DNA of 64,000 nt. It comes from Chiloscyllium plagiosum (lineage: Eukaryota). Of this stretch, positions 1-13,034 are shown piece by piece. The translations under genes and the position numbers were made by a program. Below the pieces are notes generated by a model, which saw nothing but the letters and a program-made list of their open reading frames with translations, searched no databases and was not told the origin of the DNA. The number at the start of each line of letters is the position of its first letter. The stretch's first letter is position 1. The stretch is from contig NC_057728.1 of NCBI RefSeq assembly GCF_004010195.1, positions 45,100,286 through 45,164,285 on the forward strand, read 5' to 3'.

Positions 1-899
1 TAGTTTTGATGCAGCAAGTCTCATTGGTTGCAATTCACTGGGATAGAATTTTTGCTCAGTTTGGTACATGAATTCACCACACAGTCCCTATAACTGCACA
101 AGCCATTATTTTAATTCTGACTCAATTTAGGCGGCCTACGATTGATCCTGATGTAATTTCAGGCGAAAGGGATGAAAACCACAGGAATTTGGCCATTGTG
201 TACTGACTGACTGGAAGCCTATTTAAAGGAGCACTTACCTGGAGGATCCAGATGATTGGGGATTCATGTGCAATTTGTCAATTTTGATCCTGGATATTAC
301 TTGTTTCTGTATTTTTATTATTACCTGCATGAATTATACTCTTATAACTTAATGTGAGCAGCTGTTAGTTTCAGATCTCCAGTACCTGCAGCTTTTTTTT
401 GTTTTATATTATTATGTGTATCATTTGTTTTAGGGGGAATACTGTTTGAACAAAGAACTTCAGCCACTTCAACAACCAAACGTGCAGGTGAGTCCATTAG
501 AAAGCTGCTCATGTGATTGATGTTAAGAGCCACTTTTTTGGATATGGCTGGGGAGCGTTGAATCAGGAGGCTACCATTCATCACGCAGGCTACCCTGTGG
601 AACTGAACATTGACATCAATCTACCAGCATTCTGTTTAAATATCATACTAACAATGTAGATTCAACTCTAATGAAAAGACACTGCAGCCCAAGGAGCCAA
701 ATGCCCAAAATAATAATTGTCAAGAGTTCATTTCTCATTCATGTGTCTGTGGAAAGTTCCTGTCTTGAAGAAGATTTACTAATCCTCGTACTCCAAAGAC
801 CTTCTCATCTAATTGATTTAGCAAAGCAGCTAGAAGGCTCATTCTGGGGGACCATGAGAATTTTGCAGCTGCTGATTTCTGAATGTAGATTGTAACTCT

Positions 900-2510
900 T
901 TTGTTCACAGGTATAATTCACTCACATCACTCCACATGCCCAAACAAGATCCTTCAATATGCCCAAAACCCACTCTGAGTTAAAATTATCCCCATGCCAC
1001 TTAATTAAGAACTGTGTTACATTATCTTGATCATACCATTCCCTTGCTGACACACTGACAGAAGCCTTAAAGCTGTAATCATGTTCTACATTTACAGGAC
1101 AATGGCAAATAGCACAAGAGCAATCATACAAAATAAAAATGAGGGAGAAATACAAGTCATGACAATGCGTGCTGCTGAAATATTGTCTAACCTGGCATGT
1201 AATGACTGATATCAGTTGAATGGGCAAATGAGACGAATCTAAAGTCCGAAGGACTTGAAAACAGGTTAGTACGTTATTGTGGAACCCATGGACCTGGGCA
1301 AGACATATAATGCATCCTCTTCACATAATGGATCTGAATCAATCTCCAGTCATGCCAACACATCTTGTTGATGGACTATTATAGAGTAGAATGCGAGGAA
1401 GAATTTGATGATATGAAACTCTCCCTCACTGTAATCCAACTTATGTGCAAGTCATATTTATCATCTTCATATCATGTGTCTTCCATCATCGATCTGTCCT
1501 GAGCCCATTGGCAATGGGTAAGTGAGATGACACCAAGAATTAGCTCATTTAGAGCTGTAGCTGCAAACCTCTTGCAGTATTTCAGGCCATTGGTTTGATT
1601 GTTAACTGGAAAGCAGAAGAAATGGGAATTGACATTTTTTAATCCCTCACTACCCACTATTTTATCATTTCAAAGCTAGACATCAAGATCTTTGATGTCC
1701 CTAGAAAATGAAGGTCCAAAAACATCTCAAAATCTCAAAGCTGAAACAGGCAGTGATGAAGGAATCTCTCCCGGAGAAACTTGAGACTGTCCTGTATACA
1801 GTGAAAAGGGCTACTCACTGCATTGAGGATAATCAGGTGACCTTCAGGTCTATCCACTGCTGTCCAAGCGGTGATCGATCCTTCATCTTGTAAGCATCAC
1901 TGTTCATTAAAAATAATGGGGCAATCTAGAAACTACTGAAAGAGAAACAGCCCCTTTACAAGTTTTACCTCAACAACATGTCTTCACTATTGAAACACAA
2001 TGCACATGGAAACATTTACAGTACAGTTTTATTGAAGCTTAGAGAGATGTAATTCAATACGCTGAAACAGAAAGCAGACACATTTCAGTCATCTACAGAC
2101 AACAGGGTTAGAAGTGATCCTAAAATGCTCTGAAACCTGTCCACAGGCCCCATTCTGATTCCCCATCAATCCTTGGTTCTGACTTGTCAACATTGTTCAG
2201 ATTCTAGAAAGATGGCATGGTACGTTACCCACATCCTCAATCAGTGTTCATCCATCAATGATGAAACACTCTAAAGACTTCCACAGATTGTTATCAACTC
2301 ATGTCTTGATGATCTTCCCATACCCTGAGAAATGGTAAATGTAATTAAACTCTTGCCGAGCAGCAGAGCTCCAGGGGTAAATCTAATCCAGGTAAGGTCT
2401 ACTTAGCTGGAGATCAATGCCTGGTCAGGAAGCTCATTCACCTCCTTCAATCTATGTAAAAGTAAAACCTACCACAGCAGACTACAAAGATGCCTTCATT
2501 ATCCTACTTT
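900..2510 (+). mobile_element. Ancient RTE-clade LINE, 5'/middle fragment
   Basis: Decayed motifs near 2330-2505 (VNVIKLLPSSRAPGVNLI..VYLAG...; QRLQRCL/DYKDAFIIL) resemble RTE KAPG.D.IP.EV.K.GG...PQDFKDA.II; left boundary uncertain. Confidence 0.55.
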
Positions 2511-2559
2511 TTTCTATTTATATGATTGGTGAAGCAGTTATAGTCTGATTCAATCCATT

Positions 2560-5500
2560 CAATAGTTTCAGCTGGCACAGTGTAAATGGATCTTTCAGGA
2601 GAGGAGATCAGCAAGTGGGAGATGGTCTGGCATGGGTGTCCATTGTCTCAATGTTCTTCAAGTTCCACACATGGAACAAGTGATCATTCCTTCACTGGCC
2701 CATCTTCAAACAGTTGAGTTTTGTTCAGATTGTCTGTGGAAGGTTGAAACCTGAGACTTCACCACTTGGATCAGTTATCAGGTTGTGGTTAGTGATGTTT
2801 GCAATCAACTAGGAGGTGTGGCCACAAAGGTTTGCCAGTGTGTAGGGCATGGGAGATTTTCTAGTAGAGGGTGTGGAATTTCAGATGAATGCATGTATTT
2901 GTTTTGAGGTTCTATGTCAATTCTATGCTTCATTAGCTGTCAGCCAATGGAGCTATTTGAAAAGGACTAATGCCTGTGGATATCAAGGGGTTCAGTGTTG
3001 GTTAGCAACGAAATCACCTGATTTACATGTTGATCTCAATATCCAAAAAAAAAATCCTCATGATATTCTACAGGTTTATATTCATCAAATTTGCAGCACG
3101 CTGTTGTTGGGCAGACCAGGGAAGTGAAGCACTTAGTGAGGTTTTGGCTCTGCTGCCCATAAGTTTCAGTATGAGATTCACTCTCTTGACCTTGGCTCCA
3201 GTGCTCTGGAGGTGATGCTGGTAGATCAGGATATAATATGATAGAGAAAGGAGGGGGTGTAAAGAAGATTCACCAGGATGCTGCCCGGGGTGGAGAATTG
3301 CAGCTATAAAGAAAGGCTGGATAAACTCAGGTTATTTTCTTTGAAGTAGGGATAGAGACCTGATAGATGTGTAAAGGATTAGGTGGGGCATGGAAAGGGT
3401 GAACCGAAAACAGCTGTTTCTCTGAGTTGAAAGGTCACTAACAAGGGGGCATAATTTTAAATTGAACAGCAATAGTTTAAGAGGGGATTTGTGGAAAATT
3501 GTTTCTCATCCAGAGGTTGGTGGGAGTCTGGAATGCACTGTCTTGGAGGGTAAATGAGGCAGGAAACCTCATAAACTTTAAAACTACTTGGGCAGCATGG
3601 TGGCACAGTGGTTAGCGCTGCTGCCTCACAGTGCCAGAGACCTGGGTTCAATTCCCACCTCAGGGGACTGACTGTCTGGAGTTTGTACATTCTCCCTGTC
3701 TCTGCGTGTGTTTCCTCCCACAGACCAACAATGTGCAGGTTAGGTGAATTGGCCATGCTAAATTGCCTGTAGCATTAGGTGAAGAGGGGAATGGGTGTGG
3801 GTGATTTGTGCTTCGGCAGGTCGGTGTGGTCTTGTTGGGCCAAAGGGCCTGTTTCCACGCTGTAACTAATCTAATCTGAACTGTCCTATCATTCAATGCT
3901 ATGGGCCTAGTGTAGGTAGTAGTATATTTTTGACAATACAGCACCTATGGGCTGAAGGGCCTCCTCTATACTGTATGATTCATGGTGTTGATGTGTTGAT
4001 TTTGTCACATTTTGTCTATGCGTAGCAATGTGCCTTACCAACATGATAAGTCAAAGGTATGTCCTGTCTTCAGAACTTTTTGGAAGCCAGCCTCTGTACA
4101 TCAGTGTCAGGACCTGTTTAGAGCAGCTGCAGCCTGTGTGAGAACCTGCTTGATGGGGCCTCATCATTGCATCCTGGGTGAGACACAGCCTGTTCAGCAG
4201 GAGGTGTTCCAGGACATAATGTTTTATTGTGAACAAGGTAATGGGGGAGGGTAGTTGCGTGGGTTGTCGAGTGGCTTCTTGGCTTATAGCCACTCTCTTG
4301 GATTAGAGCCAGGTGTTTGGAATGGTGCCTATGTTGTGGAGGTTGGTACATAATCTTGCTAGTGACTTCCTTTTTTTGTGAACTGAAAGTCTTCAGTATA
4401 TCTGGGTAACTTATCAACTCCTGATACTCTGCATGACTTGGTTATTATCAGTGCACTGCCCACTTCCTCTTGTGAGGATTTGTCCACTCTGGAGTACAGT
4501 CTTGACAGAGCTGTTCATACCTTCGCTCATCTTCTCTGTTGACTGAAAGTTTTGTGTTCATTACAGGCTGTGAAGTGACAGCATCAGCACTGATTCTGGA
4601 CCTCTGGTGTAGTTGTTCCTCAGTAATTCCCTGCACACCTTTTGATTTGAGTCTATGAAACCAATCTTCTCTGCTATTTCCCACCATCTTATGAGCTATC
4701 TTTTGTCAAGGATCCTGAAGAGAGCTGTTACCATATCACGCGTTCACTCTCCCTGTATTTTCCTAACAGCCATTCACTTTCTAGGATCGAGATGAAGGTC
4801 AGTCTTAGATTCATTTCCTGTTTGAGATTCTGCTGAAGCTACAAGTATCATTGGCAACAGACAGTCAGATAGCTCATTTGAAAATTAAACACCTATGTCT
4901 TGCAATCCAAACTGAGGAAGGGATTAGTCCCTGATGGACTTTGAGATCCAGACAATCAGCTCAAGTACAATGTAAAGATTGAAGAGATATGAAACACTGG
5001 CCTTCCTGAGAGTGATTATCAGCAGGAAATTGGCAAACATATCTTTCGCAGAAGACATTTTTAACAAAAAAAGGAATATCAAGAATGAGCAGATAAGTTG
5101 GCATCAGAACTAAAAGTTTGGAACACTGCCAGATTTGGAGACAAGATAGCCAAGGAAGTAGTATAAATATAAACAGATTGGAGTACATTACTGTTGCTGC
5201 AAAATGGTAGAGCTTGTTCAACCCTACTAAAGGCATACAACACCACTGGAAGCTAAACTGATAAGCGATTGGATCTTTTACATTAGACCCATCAACAGGT
5301 AATCACCTCTAGGAGCAGTTGTACCCTTCCTGACCACTGTGAAGAGTGGATGGCTCACTCAGGTTGATCCTACTGGTCATACAGAATACTAAATGGCAAA
5401 GCTAGCCATAAAATCCAGTTAGACTTATGAATAGAATATGCTGACATCCTGACCTGTGGTGAGAGAATCACACTCATAGAATCAATATGTATTGTGTTAA

Positions 5501-5560
5501 GCCTGACACTGAATGCCATTGGAACCTTGTAATTGTATTGTTGTCTGCAAGCTGAGCCTG
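2560..5560 (-). mobile_element. Decayed RTE-X-like LINE, interrupted at about 3220-3985 by a CR1 tail and an HE1 SINE
   Basis: RT motif LEHLLLNRL...HQAGSHTGCSCSKQVLTL (4051-4293) and C-terminal NLITDP...GFNLP..I*TKLN.L..GQ....QTISHLL (about 2600-2790). Confidence 0.6.
3590..3878 (+). mobile_element. HE1-type V-SINE
   Basis: Similar to 24934-25253. Confidence 0.9.
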
Positions 5561-6026
5561 GCCCAGAAATCAGAATAGTAGGTGAATTGTGTTATTGTGT
5601 GGATATTTAGAAGAGGATGAGCGGTATTAGGCAAGATGAGAGGTTGCAAGTCATCAGAAAAATGAAGAATTTTGGAATAATGGACTTGAGTACATGAACT
5701 GTCTAAATCTGTAACAAAGTAAATTTAGGGAACTCATGAACATTTGAGTGGTATGGGGAACCTCGGCTATAGTTCTATGTTATACCCCCTCGATTCAAGT
5801 CAAAATTTGTGAATCTTGAGATTGAAATTGGCAGATAGATGTTGTAGGTCTCCGAAAGAAGTGATTGCAAGGGTATGAGAAAGGTAAGATTGGACATTGG
5901 ATTGCTGAAAAATGAGACTGGAGAAGCAGTAATGAGGAACAAGGAAATGGCAGAGGAAATGAATAGGTACTTTTCATCTGTCTTACCTTGAATGACATCA
6001 GTAACATACCAGAACTTAAGAGAGTC

Positions 6027-6262
6027 AGGTTCAATTCCCGTCTCAGGCAACTGACTGTGTGGAGTTTGCACATTCTCCGGGTGCTCCGGTTTCCTCCCAC
6101 AGTCCAAAGATGTGCAGGTCAGGTGAATTGGCCATGCTAAATTGCCCGTAGTGTTCGGGAAGGGGTAAATGTAGGGGTATGGGTGGGTTGCGCTTCGGCG
6201 GGTCGGTGTGGACTTGTTGGGCCGAAGGGCCTGTTTTCACACTGTAATGTAATGTAATCTAA
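6027..6262 (+). mobile_element. HE1-type V-SINE, 5'-truncated
   Basis: Similar to 24990-25253. Confidence 0.9.
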
Positions 6263-6576
6263 TGTCTACAGATGAATCACCTGGTCTGGATGGGCTGTAC
6301 CCAAGTGTTCTGAAGGAGCAAAATGAGGAGTTTGAGGAGGCATTGTCATTGATCTTTCAGGAGTCACTGGAGTCAGGAAGGGTGCCAGAGGACTGGATAA
6401 CGGTTAATGTAACATTCCTGTTTAAGAACAGGTGGTGGCAGAAGATGGGAAATTATAAGCTGGTTAGCCTGATGTCAGTTGCTGGTAAGATTTTAGAGTC
6501 CATTATTAAGGTTGTGAAGTACTTGGAAATGCATGGTGAAATAAGGCTGAGTCAGCACAGCCTCATCAAGATGAGG

Positions 6577-6797
6577 AGAAAGTGAGGTCTGCAGATGCTG
6601 GAGATCAAAGTTGAAATTTTATTGCTGGAACAGCACAGCAGGTCAGGCAGCATCCAGGGAACAGGAGATTCGACGTTTCGGGCACAGGCCCTTCTTCAGG
6701 AAGAATTCCTGAAGAAGGGCCTGTGCCCGAAACGTCGAATCTCCTGTTCCCTGGATGCTGCCTGACCTGCTGTGCTGTTCCAGCAATAAAGTTTCAA
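6577..6797. mobile_element. Fold-back Penelope-like mini-element (family A) inserted into a CR1 LINE
   Basis: Near-perfect inverted repeat centred at about 6703-6704, plus an unpaired ~33-nt tail on the left. TSD CTCATCAAGATGAGG at 6562-6576 and 6798-6812. Confidence 0.9.
6705..6740 (+). ncRNA. Minimal type I hammerhead ribozyme (PLE family A)
   Basis: ATTC-CTGAAGA-A-GGGC(CTGT)GCCC-GAAA-CG-TC-GAAT: CUGANGA and GAAA core, 4-bp helix II, 4-bp helix I, palindromic ACGU helix III. A mirror copy lies on the minus strand at about 6668-6702. Confidence 0.8.
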
Positions 6798-7698
6798 CTC
6801 ATCAAGATGAGGTCAGGCCTTAAAAATCTGTTGGAATTTTTGAGGAGGTAATGAGCAAGTTAGACAAAGTGGGCATGATCTATTTGGATTTCCAGAAGAC
6901 CTTTGACAAAGTGCAACACAGAAGGCTACTAATTAAGTGCCCATGATGTTGGTGGCAAGGTACTGGCATTGATAAAAGATTGGCTGACTAGCAGAAGGCA
7001 GAGTATGGGGAGAAAGGGGTCTTTTTCAGGATGGTAGCCAGTGACCAGTGGACTTCCTCAGGGATCTGTGTTGGGACCACAACTATTCACGTTATACATT
7101 AATGATCTGGACAAAGAAACTGAGGACAATAATACTAAGTTTGCAGATGACACAAAGATAAGTGGAATGACAGGTAGTGTTGAGGAAGAAGAAGACTGTA
7201 GATGGATTTGGGAAGGCTAGGAGAGCGGGAAAAGAAGTAGCAGATGGAATATAATGTGGAAAAGTGTGAGGTTATGTAATTTGGTAGGAAGAATAAAGAC
7301 ATAGACTATTTCCTAACAGCTGAAAGTTTTCAAAAATCTGAAGCACAAAGGGACTTAAGAGTCCTAGTTCATGTCCCTAACAGTATAGCACAGGAACAGG
7401 CCTTTCAGCTACCAAACCTGCATTGATACATAGTGTAAAAAAGTCTAAAATAAAAACCCTTTGCCTCTACACAATCCTTATCCCTCTAGTCCCTTCCAAT
7501 TCATGTTTCTGTCTCTTAAGCATTGTTATTGTATCTGCTTCTACTGTCCCCTCTGGGAGCACATTCCAGGGCACTTACAGCCTGTCAAAAAAGTTTATCA
7601 TCACATCTCCTTTAAACTTTTTCTTTTTTACCTTAAACCCATGCACCCTTGTTAAAAATTACACATCACAGTTTATAGTCCAACAGGTTTTTTGGAAG

Positions 7699-7733
7699 CA
7701 CTAGCTTTCGGAACACTGTTCCTTCATCAGGTG
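7699..7733 (-). ncRNA. Minimal type I hammerhead ribozyme (PLE family B)
   Basis: Minus strand CAC-CTGATGA-A-GGAAC(AGT)GTTCC-GAAA-GC-TA-GTG. Confidence 0.75.
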
Positions 7734-7767
7734 GTTGTCATGTTTCCAAATAAACCTTTTGGACTAT

Positions 7768-7845
7768 AACACACACTCACTCTCTCTCTCTCTCTCTCTC
7801 TTTCTTTCTCTGTCTCTCTCACTCTCTCTCTTTCACACACACATA
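7768..7845. repeat. (CA)/(CT) compound microsatellite
   Basis: Directly visible. Confidence 0.95.
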
Positions 7846-8319
7846 TAGGTCTATGGGGTGAACTTGCATTTGCAGAATTCCATTCTATTTTGTTCAAAAA
7901 GCACACAATCCATACACAGTCAATCCATGTGACATTTTATAAATTCCTACTTTGGAAATAGAACCAGTCTGACTCAAGACTGGAATACATACAGACTTGA
8001 ACCTCATACCTTTAATGCATTATCTGAGCTGAGATATCACCTTTTTTAAATAAAACTTTAAGTTATCTCAGGAATGTGACTTGAAAGAAGTTCTGGAGTT
8101 TACATATTAATGAATCGAAACCTGCAACTCATTCTAAAAGATGAAAAACTTAACAGCAATCTAGATTGTTCAATATATTGCATTTGTGTGTGACACTATG
8201 ATCTTTTGCTATAAATTCTGTGATCTATGATCCTGCTCCACTAGCTACCTGATGAAAGCGTGTACTTCCAAATAAACCTGTTGGTTCATAACCTGCTGTT
8301 GTGTGATTTTTAACTTTTA

Positions 8320-8930
8320 TCAGCATTATGTTGAGAAACTCAAACATTTTTCATTTGCGCTGCCCTCAGAAGCTTCTGCAAGTCATATGATAGGACAAAA
8401 TACATCATTGTAGTGCCCACCTGAGCTGCATGCAAGCAACCACACCAAACTGAGATAATCACAACTGAGTTGAGCTGTTCACGTAGCATGAGCTCCTGAC
8501 ATATGCTGACCAATGTGAATCTTCTTTGGAGAGCTTGAGTTCTACTGCTCTCATTGCAGCCAAAGAAAATGCTGCAAAGGCATTCTGAAGGCTCTTATTA
8601 GGAATTTTGACACTGATTTCATGTCCTAGGAAAAGCTAGCCAAAGATCACTTTACCCGGTGCTGTCAAATAATCACAGTGCACTCTTCTTTGAAAGAATG
8701 CACATTTCAGATTCAGAACGACAGCAGACATCATATGCAGAAAGAAAACGCAAAGAGAAGAATTCCTAAGTCAACAATTTGCCCAAACTTTCATCATCTG
8801 CAGTATCCGGTCCTATTCGGACATTGATTTGCCTGAGAACTAACCTACATACCTGTTGGAATCCATCCAGATGAACAGGTCCCTGATGATTAACAGATGG
8901 TCACTGTTGTCTCGAAGAAAGTGGAGTGTA
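8320..8930 (+). mobile_element. Ancient RTE-clade LINE, 3' fragment
   Basis: Decayed QL.WA.HVA, FFGEL and ILKALIRNFDTDFMS*EKLAKDH match the RTE C-terminal QLRWAGHV..GEL..LK.SL...ID...WE.LA.DR. Confidence 0.6.
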
Positions 8931-9344
8931 TTTTGATTTCAAGTTGTCACAGAAGTCCTTCACACATCTCAAATGATAAATTGTGTCTCATAAAACCTAG
9001 TTCAGATTGTAAACATGGTCCTCAGAGTACTCAGAGTAACCAAATTGTTCAAAAAGACAAGTTTTAAACTGGAGGAAGGCCAATCAGGGAGGGAATTCCA
9101 GGATTTTGACCCAGTGACAGTGAAGGAACAGTGATATATCTCCAACTCAGGATGGTGAGTAGCATGGGGGGGAATGTGAAAGTGGTGGTGCTGCACATAC
9201 CTGCTGCCCTTGTCCTTCTAGATGGAAGTGATCATGGGTTTGGATGGTGCTGTCTGACAATCTTTGGTGAATTTCTGCAGTGCATCTTATAGATAATACG
9301 CACTGCTGCCACTGAATGTCAGTGGTGGAAGGAATGGTTGCTTC

Positions 9345-10380
9345 AATTCAGTTCTAAATCTGCTCCCCCTAATTTTGAGGCTTTGCCCTCTTGTCCTAGT
9401 TTCACCTGTCAGAGGAAGCATCCTCTCTATGTCAATCTTACCTAGTCCCTTCATAATTTTATATGTTTCTCTAAGATCCTGCCTCATTCTTCTAAATTCC
9501 AATTAATATAATCCCAGTTTACTCAGTCTCTCCCCATAAGTCAACTCCCTCAACTCCAGAATCAACCTAATGAACCTCCTCTGCACCTCCTCCAGTGCCA
9601 GTACATCCTTTCTTAACTAAGGAGATGAAATTTGCACACAGTACTCCAGGTATGGCCTCACCAGCATCCTATACAGCTGCAACATAACTCTCCACTTTTA
9701 AATTCAACCCCTTTAGCAATTAAAGACAAAATTCCATTTGCCTTCCTAATTACCTGTTGTATCTGCAGGCCAACCTTCTGTGATTCATGCAGAAAGACAC
9801 CTAGGCCCGTCTGCATAGCAGCATGCTGCAACTTTTTACCATTCAAGTAATAGTCCTTTTTACTGTTACTCCTACTTAAATGTATTAACTGTTACTCCTA
9901 CTTAAATTTATTAACATTGCATTCCATCTGCCAGACCTTTGTCCACTCACTTAAAGTATCTATGTTCCTCTGAAAAGTTTCAAAGTCCTCTGCACACTTT
10001 GCTCTGCCGCTCATTTTGGAGTCATCTGCAAACTTTGACCCACTACATGTGGTCCCCAACACCAAATCATCTATGTAAATTGTGAATCAATGCAGTCCCA
10101 GCACTGATCCCTGAGGCGCACCACTAGTTACTGATTGCCAACCAGAATAGCACTCATTTATCCCCACTCTTTCCTTCCAATTAATTAACCAATCCTCTAT
10201 CCATGCTAATACTTTATTCATAACACTATGCATCTTTATCTTATGCAGCAGCTTTTTGTGCAGCACCTTGTCAAAGGCCTTTGGAAATTTAAGTACCCCA
10301 AATTTATTTGGTCCCCGTTGTCCACCATGCTTGGACTGTCATCATAGAATTCCAAAAGATTAGTCAAGCATGACCTGCTT
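9345..10380 (-). mobile_element. CR1/HER1 LINE RT/3' fragment
   Basis: GAPQGSVLG, KFADD, QQVIRKANGIL, LEFRRMR.DL.ETYKI on the minus strand. Confidence 0.9.
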
Positions 10381-10534
10381 AAACATGAACATTGTGCAAA
10401 CATTGGTGAGCATCCACACTTATAAAGGAGGGAAAGTCATTGATGAAGCATCTGAAGATTGGTGGGCCGAGATGGTATTGTTGAGCAGGTGCTGCTTGAT
10501 TGCACCATTGATGACACCTCCCATATCCTGTTGG

Positions 10535-11954
10535 AGGCAATCCTGAGGGTCAGGATTTACATGCATTTGGAAAGGTAAGGACTGATGAGGCATAGTCATC
10601 ATAGCTTTGTGCATGGGAAAATGTGTCTCCCTAAATTGCTTGAGTTTTTTGAAGAAGTAACAAAGAAGATTGATGATGGCAGAGCAGTGGATTGTATGTA
10701 CTTCAGTAAGGCGTTTGACAAGTTTCCTTATAATAGACTGGTTAGCAAGGTTAGATCTCATGGAATACAGGGAGAACTAGCCATTTGGAAACAGAACTGG
10801 CTCAAAGGTAGAAAACAGAGGGTGGTGGTAAAGGGTTGCTTTTCAGACTGGAGGCCTGTGACCAGTGGTGTGCCACAAGAATCAGTGCTAGGTCCACTGC
10901 TTTTCAATCATTTACATAAATGATTTGGATGTGAACATAGGAGGTATAGTTAGTAAGTTTACAGATGACATCAAAGTTGGAGGTGTAGTGGAGAGTGAAG
11001 AAGGTTACCTCAGATTACAATGGGACATTGATCAGATGGACCAATGGGCTGAAAAGTGGCAGATGGAGTTTAATTTACATAATTTAATTTAATTTAGCTG
11101 TTGCACTTTGGAAATACAAATCAGGGCAGGACTTACACACTTAATGGTAAGGTCCTCGGAAGTGTTGTTGAACAAAGAAGCCTTGGAGTGCAGGTTCACA
11201 GTTCCTTGAAAATGGAGTTGCAGGTAGATAGGATAGTGAATAAGGTGTTTAGTGTGCTTGCCTTTACTGGTTGGTTGAATAAGATTTTGATTAGGGCTGA
11301 AGAAGAGCTTATGCCAAAAACGTCGATTCTCCTGTTCCTTGGATGCTGCCTGACCTGCTGCGCTTTTCCAGCAACACATTTTCAGCTAAGATTTTGATTA
11401 GGCCACTTTCAGAATACTGTGTGCAATTCTGGTCTCCCTGCTATAGGAAGGATGTTGTGAAACATGAAAGAGCTCAGAAAAGATTTACCAGGATATTGCC
11501 AGCGTTAGAGGATTTGAACTATCGGGAGAGGTTGAGTAGGCTAGGGCTGTTTTTCCAGTAGCTTTAGAGGCTGAGGGGTGACCTTATACAGGTTTATAAG
11601 ATCATGAGGGGCATGGATAGGATAAATAGACAAGGTCTTTTCCCCAGGGTGGGGATGTCAATAACTAGAGGCATAGGTTTAGGGTGAGAGGGGAAAAATT
11701 TCAAAGGGACCTAAGGGGCAATTTTTTCATGCAGAGGGGGATGCATGTATGGATTAAGTTGCAAGACGAAGTGGTGGAGGCTAGTACAATTATAACATTT
11801 AAAAGGCAATGGATGGGTCTATGAATGGGAAGAGCTTAGAGGGATATGGGCTAAATGCTGGGAAATGAACCTAGATTTATCTAAGATATCTGGTCAGCAT
11901 GGACGAGTTGGACTGAAGGGTCTGTTTCCATGCTGTACATCTCTATGACTCTAT
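10535..11954 (+). mobile_element. CR1/HER1 LINE 3' fragment with intact tail
   Basis: [48 protein letters not shown]; ends in (CTATGACT)n tail. Confidence 0.92.
11296..11386 (+). mobile_element. 91-bp PLE family A fragment starting at a decayed hammerhead, inserted in CR1
   Basis: TSD TAAGATTTTGATTAGG at 11280-11295 and 11387-11402. Confidence 0.85.
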
Positions 11955-12486
11955 GTGGTAGTGAAAAAGCAGACAGCTTTTTGTGCTCCTTTCATGCTAA
12001 GGAAGATGTTTGCCAGTCAATGTGTCACTGTAGGTTATAGGAGGTTAATCATGATTTAGTATTACGTGAATTGTGTAGAATTCCCATTGTCTTGATCTCA
12101 TGAGATGCACGATGTTTCCTGGCCCCAGAAAATCCAAGTGTCTTTACTTTTATTTTGCAGCTGGCTGGATTTTCTTAGGTCTCACTTAAAGCATTTGGCT
12201 CTACACAAAGCTGGGATATTATTTAAATCCAAAGTTTTCAACATGTGCAGCTCAGTGGGACACTTATAGGCTTGATGTGACTTGCTGTTTCTCAGAATTA
12301 GTCGAAGTCTGCCAGCATGGTGTAAACTGGAAATTGTAAGCAGGTTATTTTTCAAAGAAAGGTAGTAAACTTTGAAATGCCGTACAAAATCAGTAGGCTT
12401 TTAGAATTATGTAAATGATTTATTGACAAGTTGTGACTGCATCATCCTCTCCCACCAACAGAATACATTAATCAAATGTAGGAGTA

Positions 12487-12707
12487 CAGTGGAACCCCCT
12501 TATCCACGAAATGGGTTTCCGTGCTTTCAGTTATCCATGGTTTACTGCGGCTCGAAAATATTACATGGAACATTCCAGAAGCATGGACCAGGGGTCTGCC
12601 AGGGAAGTAAATTTCCCTTTTAAATGATAGGGTTCGCAACTATCCGCAGTTTCAGGCATCCGCGGTGGGTCTTGGAATGTATCAGCCGGGGTCACGGGGT
12701 ACTACTG
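12487..12707 (+). mobile_element. Tigger/pogo-type MITE resembling MER44/Tigger7
   Basis: TA-CAGTGGAACCCCCTTATCCACG...CGGGGTCACGGGGTACTACTG imperfect TIRs; internal TTTCAGTTATCCATGG..GAAAATATTACATGGAACATTCCAGAA and TAGGGTTCG..ACTATCCGCAGTTTCAGGCATCC match the MER44 pattern as recalled. Confidence 0.75.
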
Positions 12708-12833
12708 TCCTCAAAACTGCAATAACCATTAGTTTGTAAATTATCAACATATAGAAAGTATGCAAAATTGCAACAATGGTGAATAGTTACTCATGTAACT
12801 ATTGAATAAGGATCAAGCTCTTATTCTTTAATA

Positions 12834-13034
12834 CAGGTAGCTCTTCTCTAATACGATGGTTGTGTTCTTGTGCAACCCAGCATTATAGAAATAACCCTTA
12901 AAGCATTGGTGATGTAATAGCATTACAGCCAACACATGTTTTTAAAGTCCATGCTTTAAAAAGTGTCCCCAATTCATCAATCATGTTACAGCAAATTTGA
13001 GTTAATGAAACCCATGTCATAGCAGAATGACCTG
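12834..13034. mobile_element. Second Tc1/mariner-pogo-type MITE
   Basis: TA-CAGGTAGCTCTTCTCTAA... and ...CATAGCAGAATGACCTG-TG degenerate TIRs with a TA-like target. Confidence 0.6.

Larger units (their letters stand above)
5570..7372 (+). mobile_element. CR1/HER1 LINE ORF2 fragment (with nested HE1 SINE and PLE)
   Basis: DESPGLDGLYPSVLKE...VPEDW..NVT.LFK...[39 protein letters not shown]. Confidence 0.9.
7651..8316. mobile_element. PLE family B pLTR with inverted termini and internal (CA)/(CT) microsatellite
   Basis: Starts GTTAAAAATTACACA and ends TGTGTGATTTTTAAC (inverted); shares sequence with 36420-36617 and 54319-54456; carries a CTGATGA...GAAAGCTA hammerhead. Confidence 0.7.
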
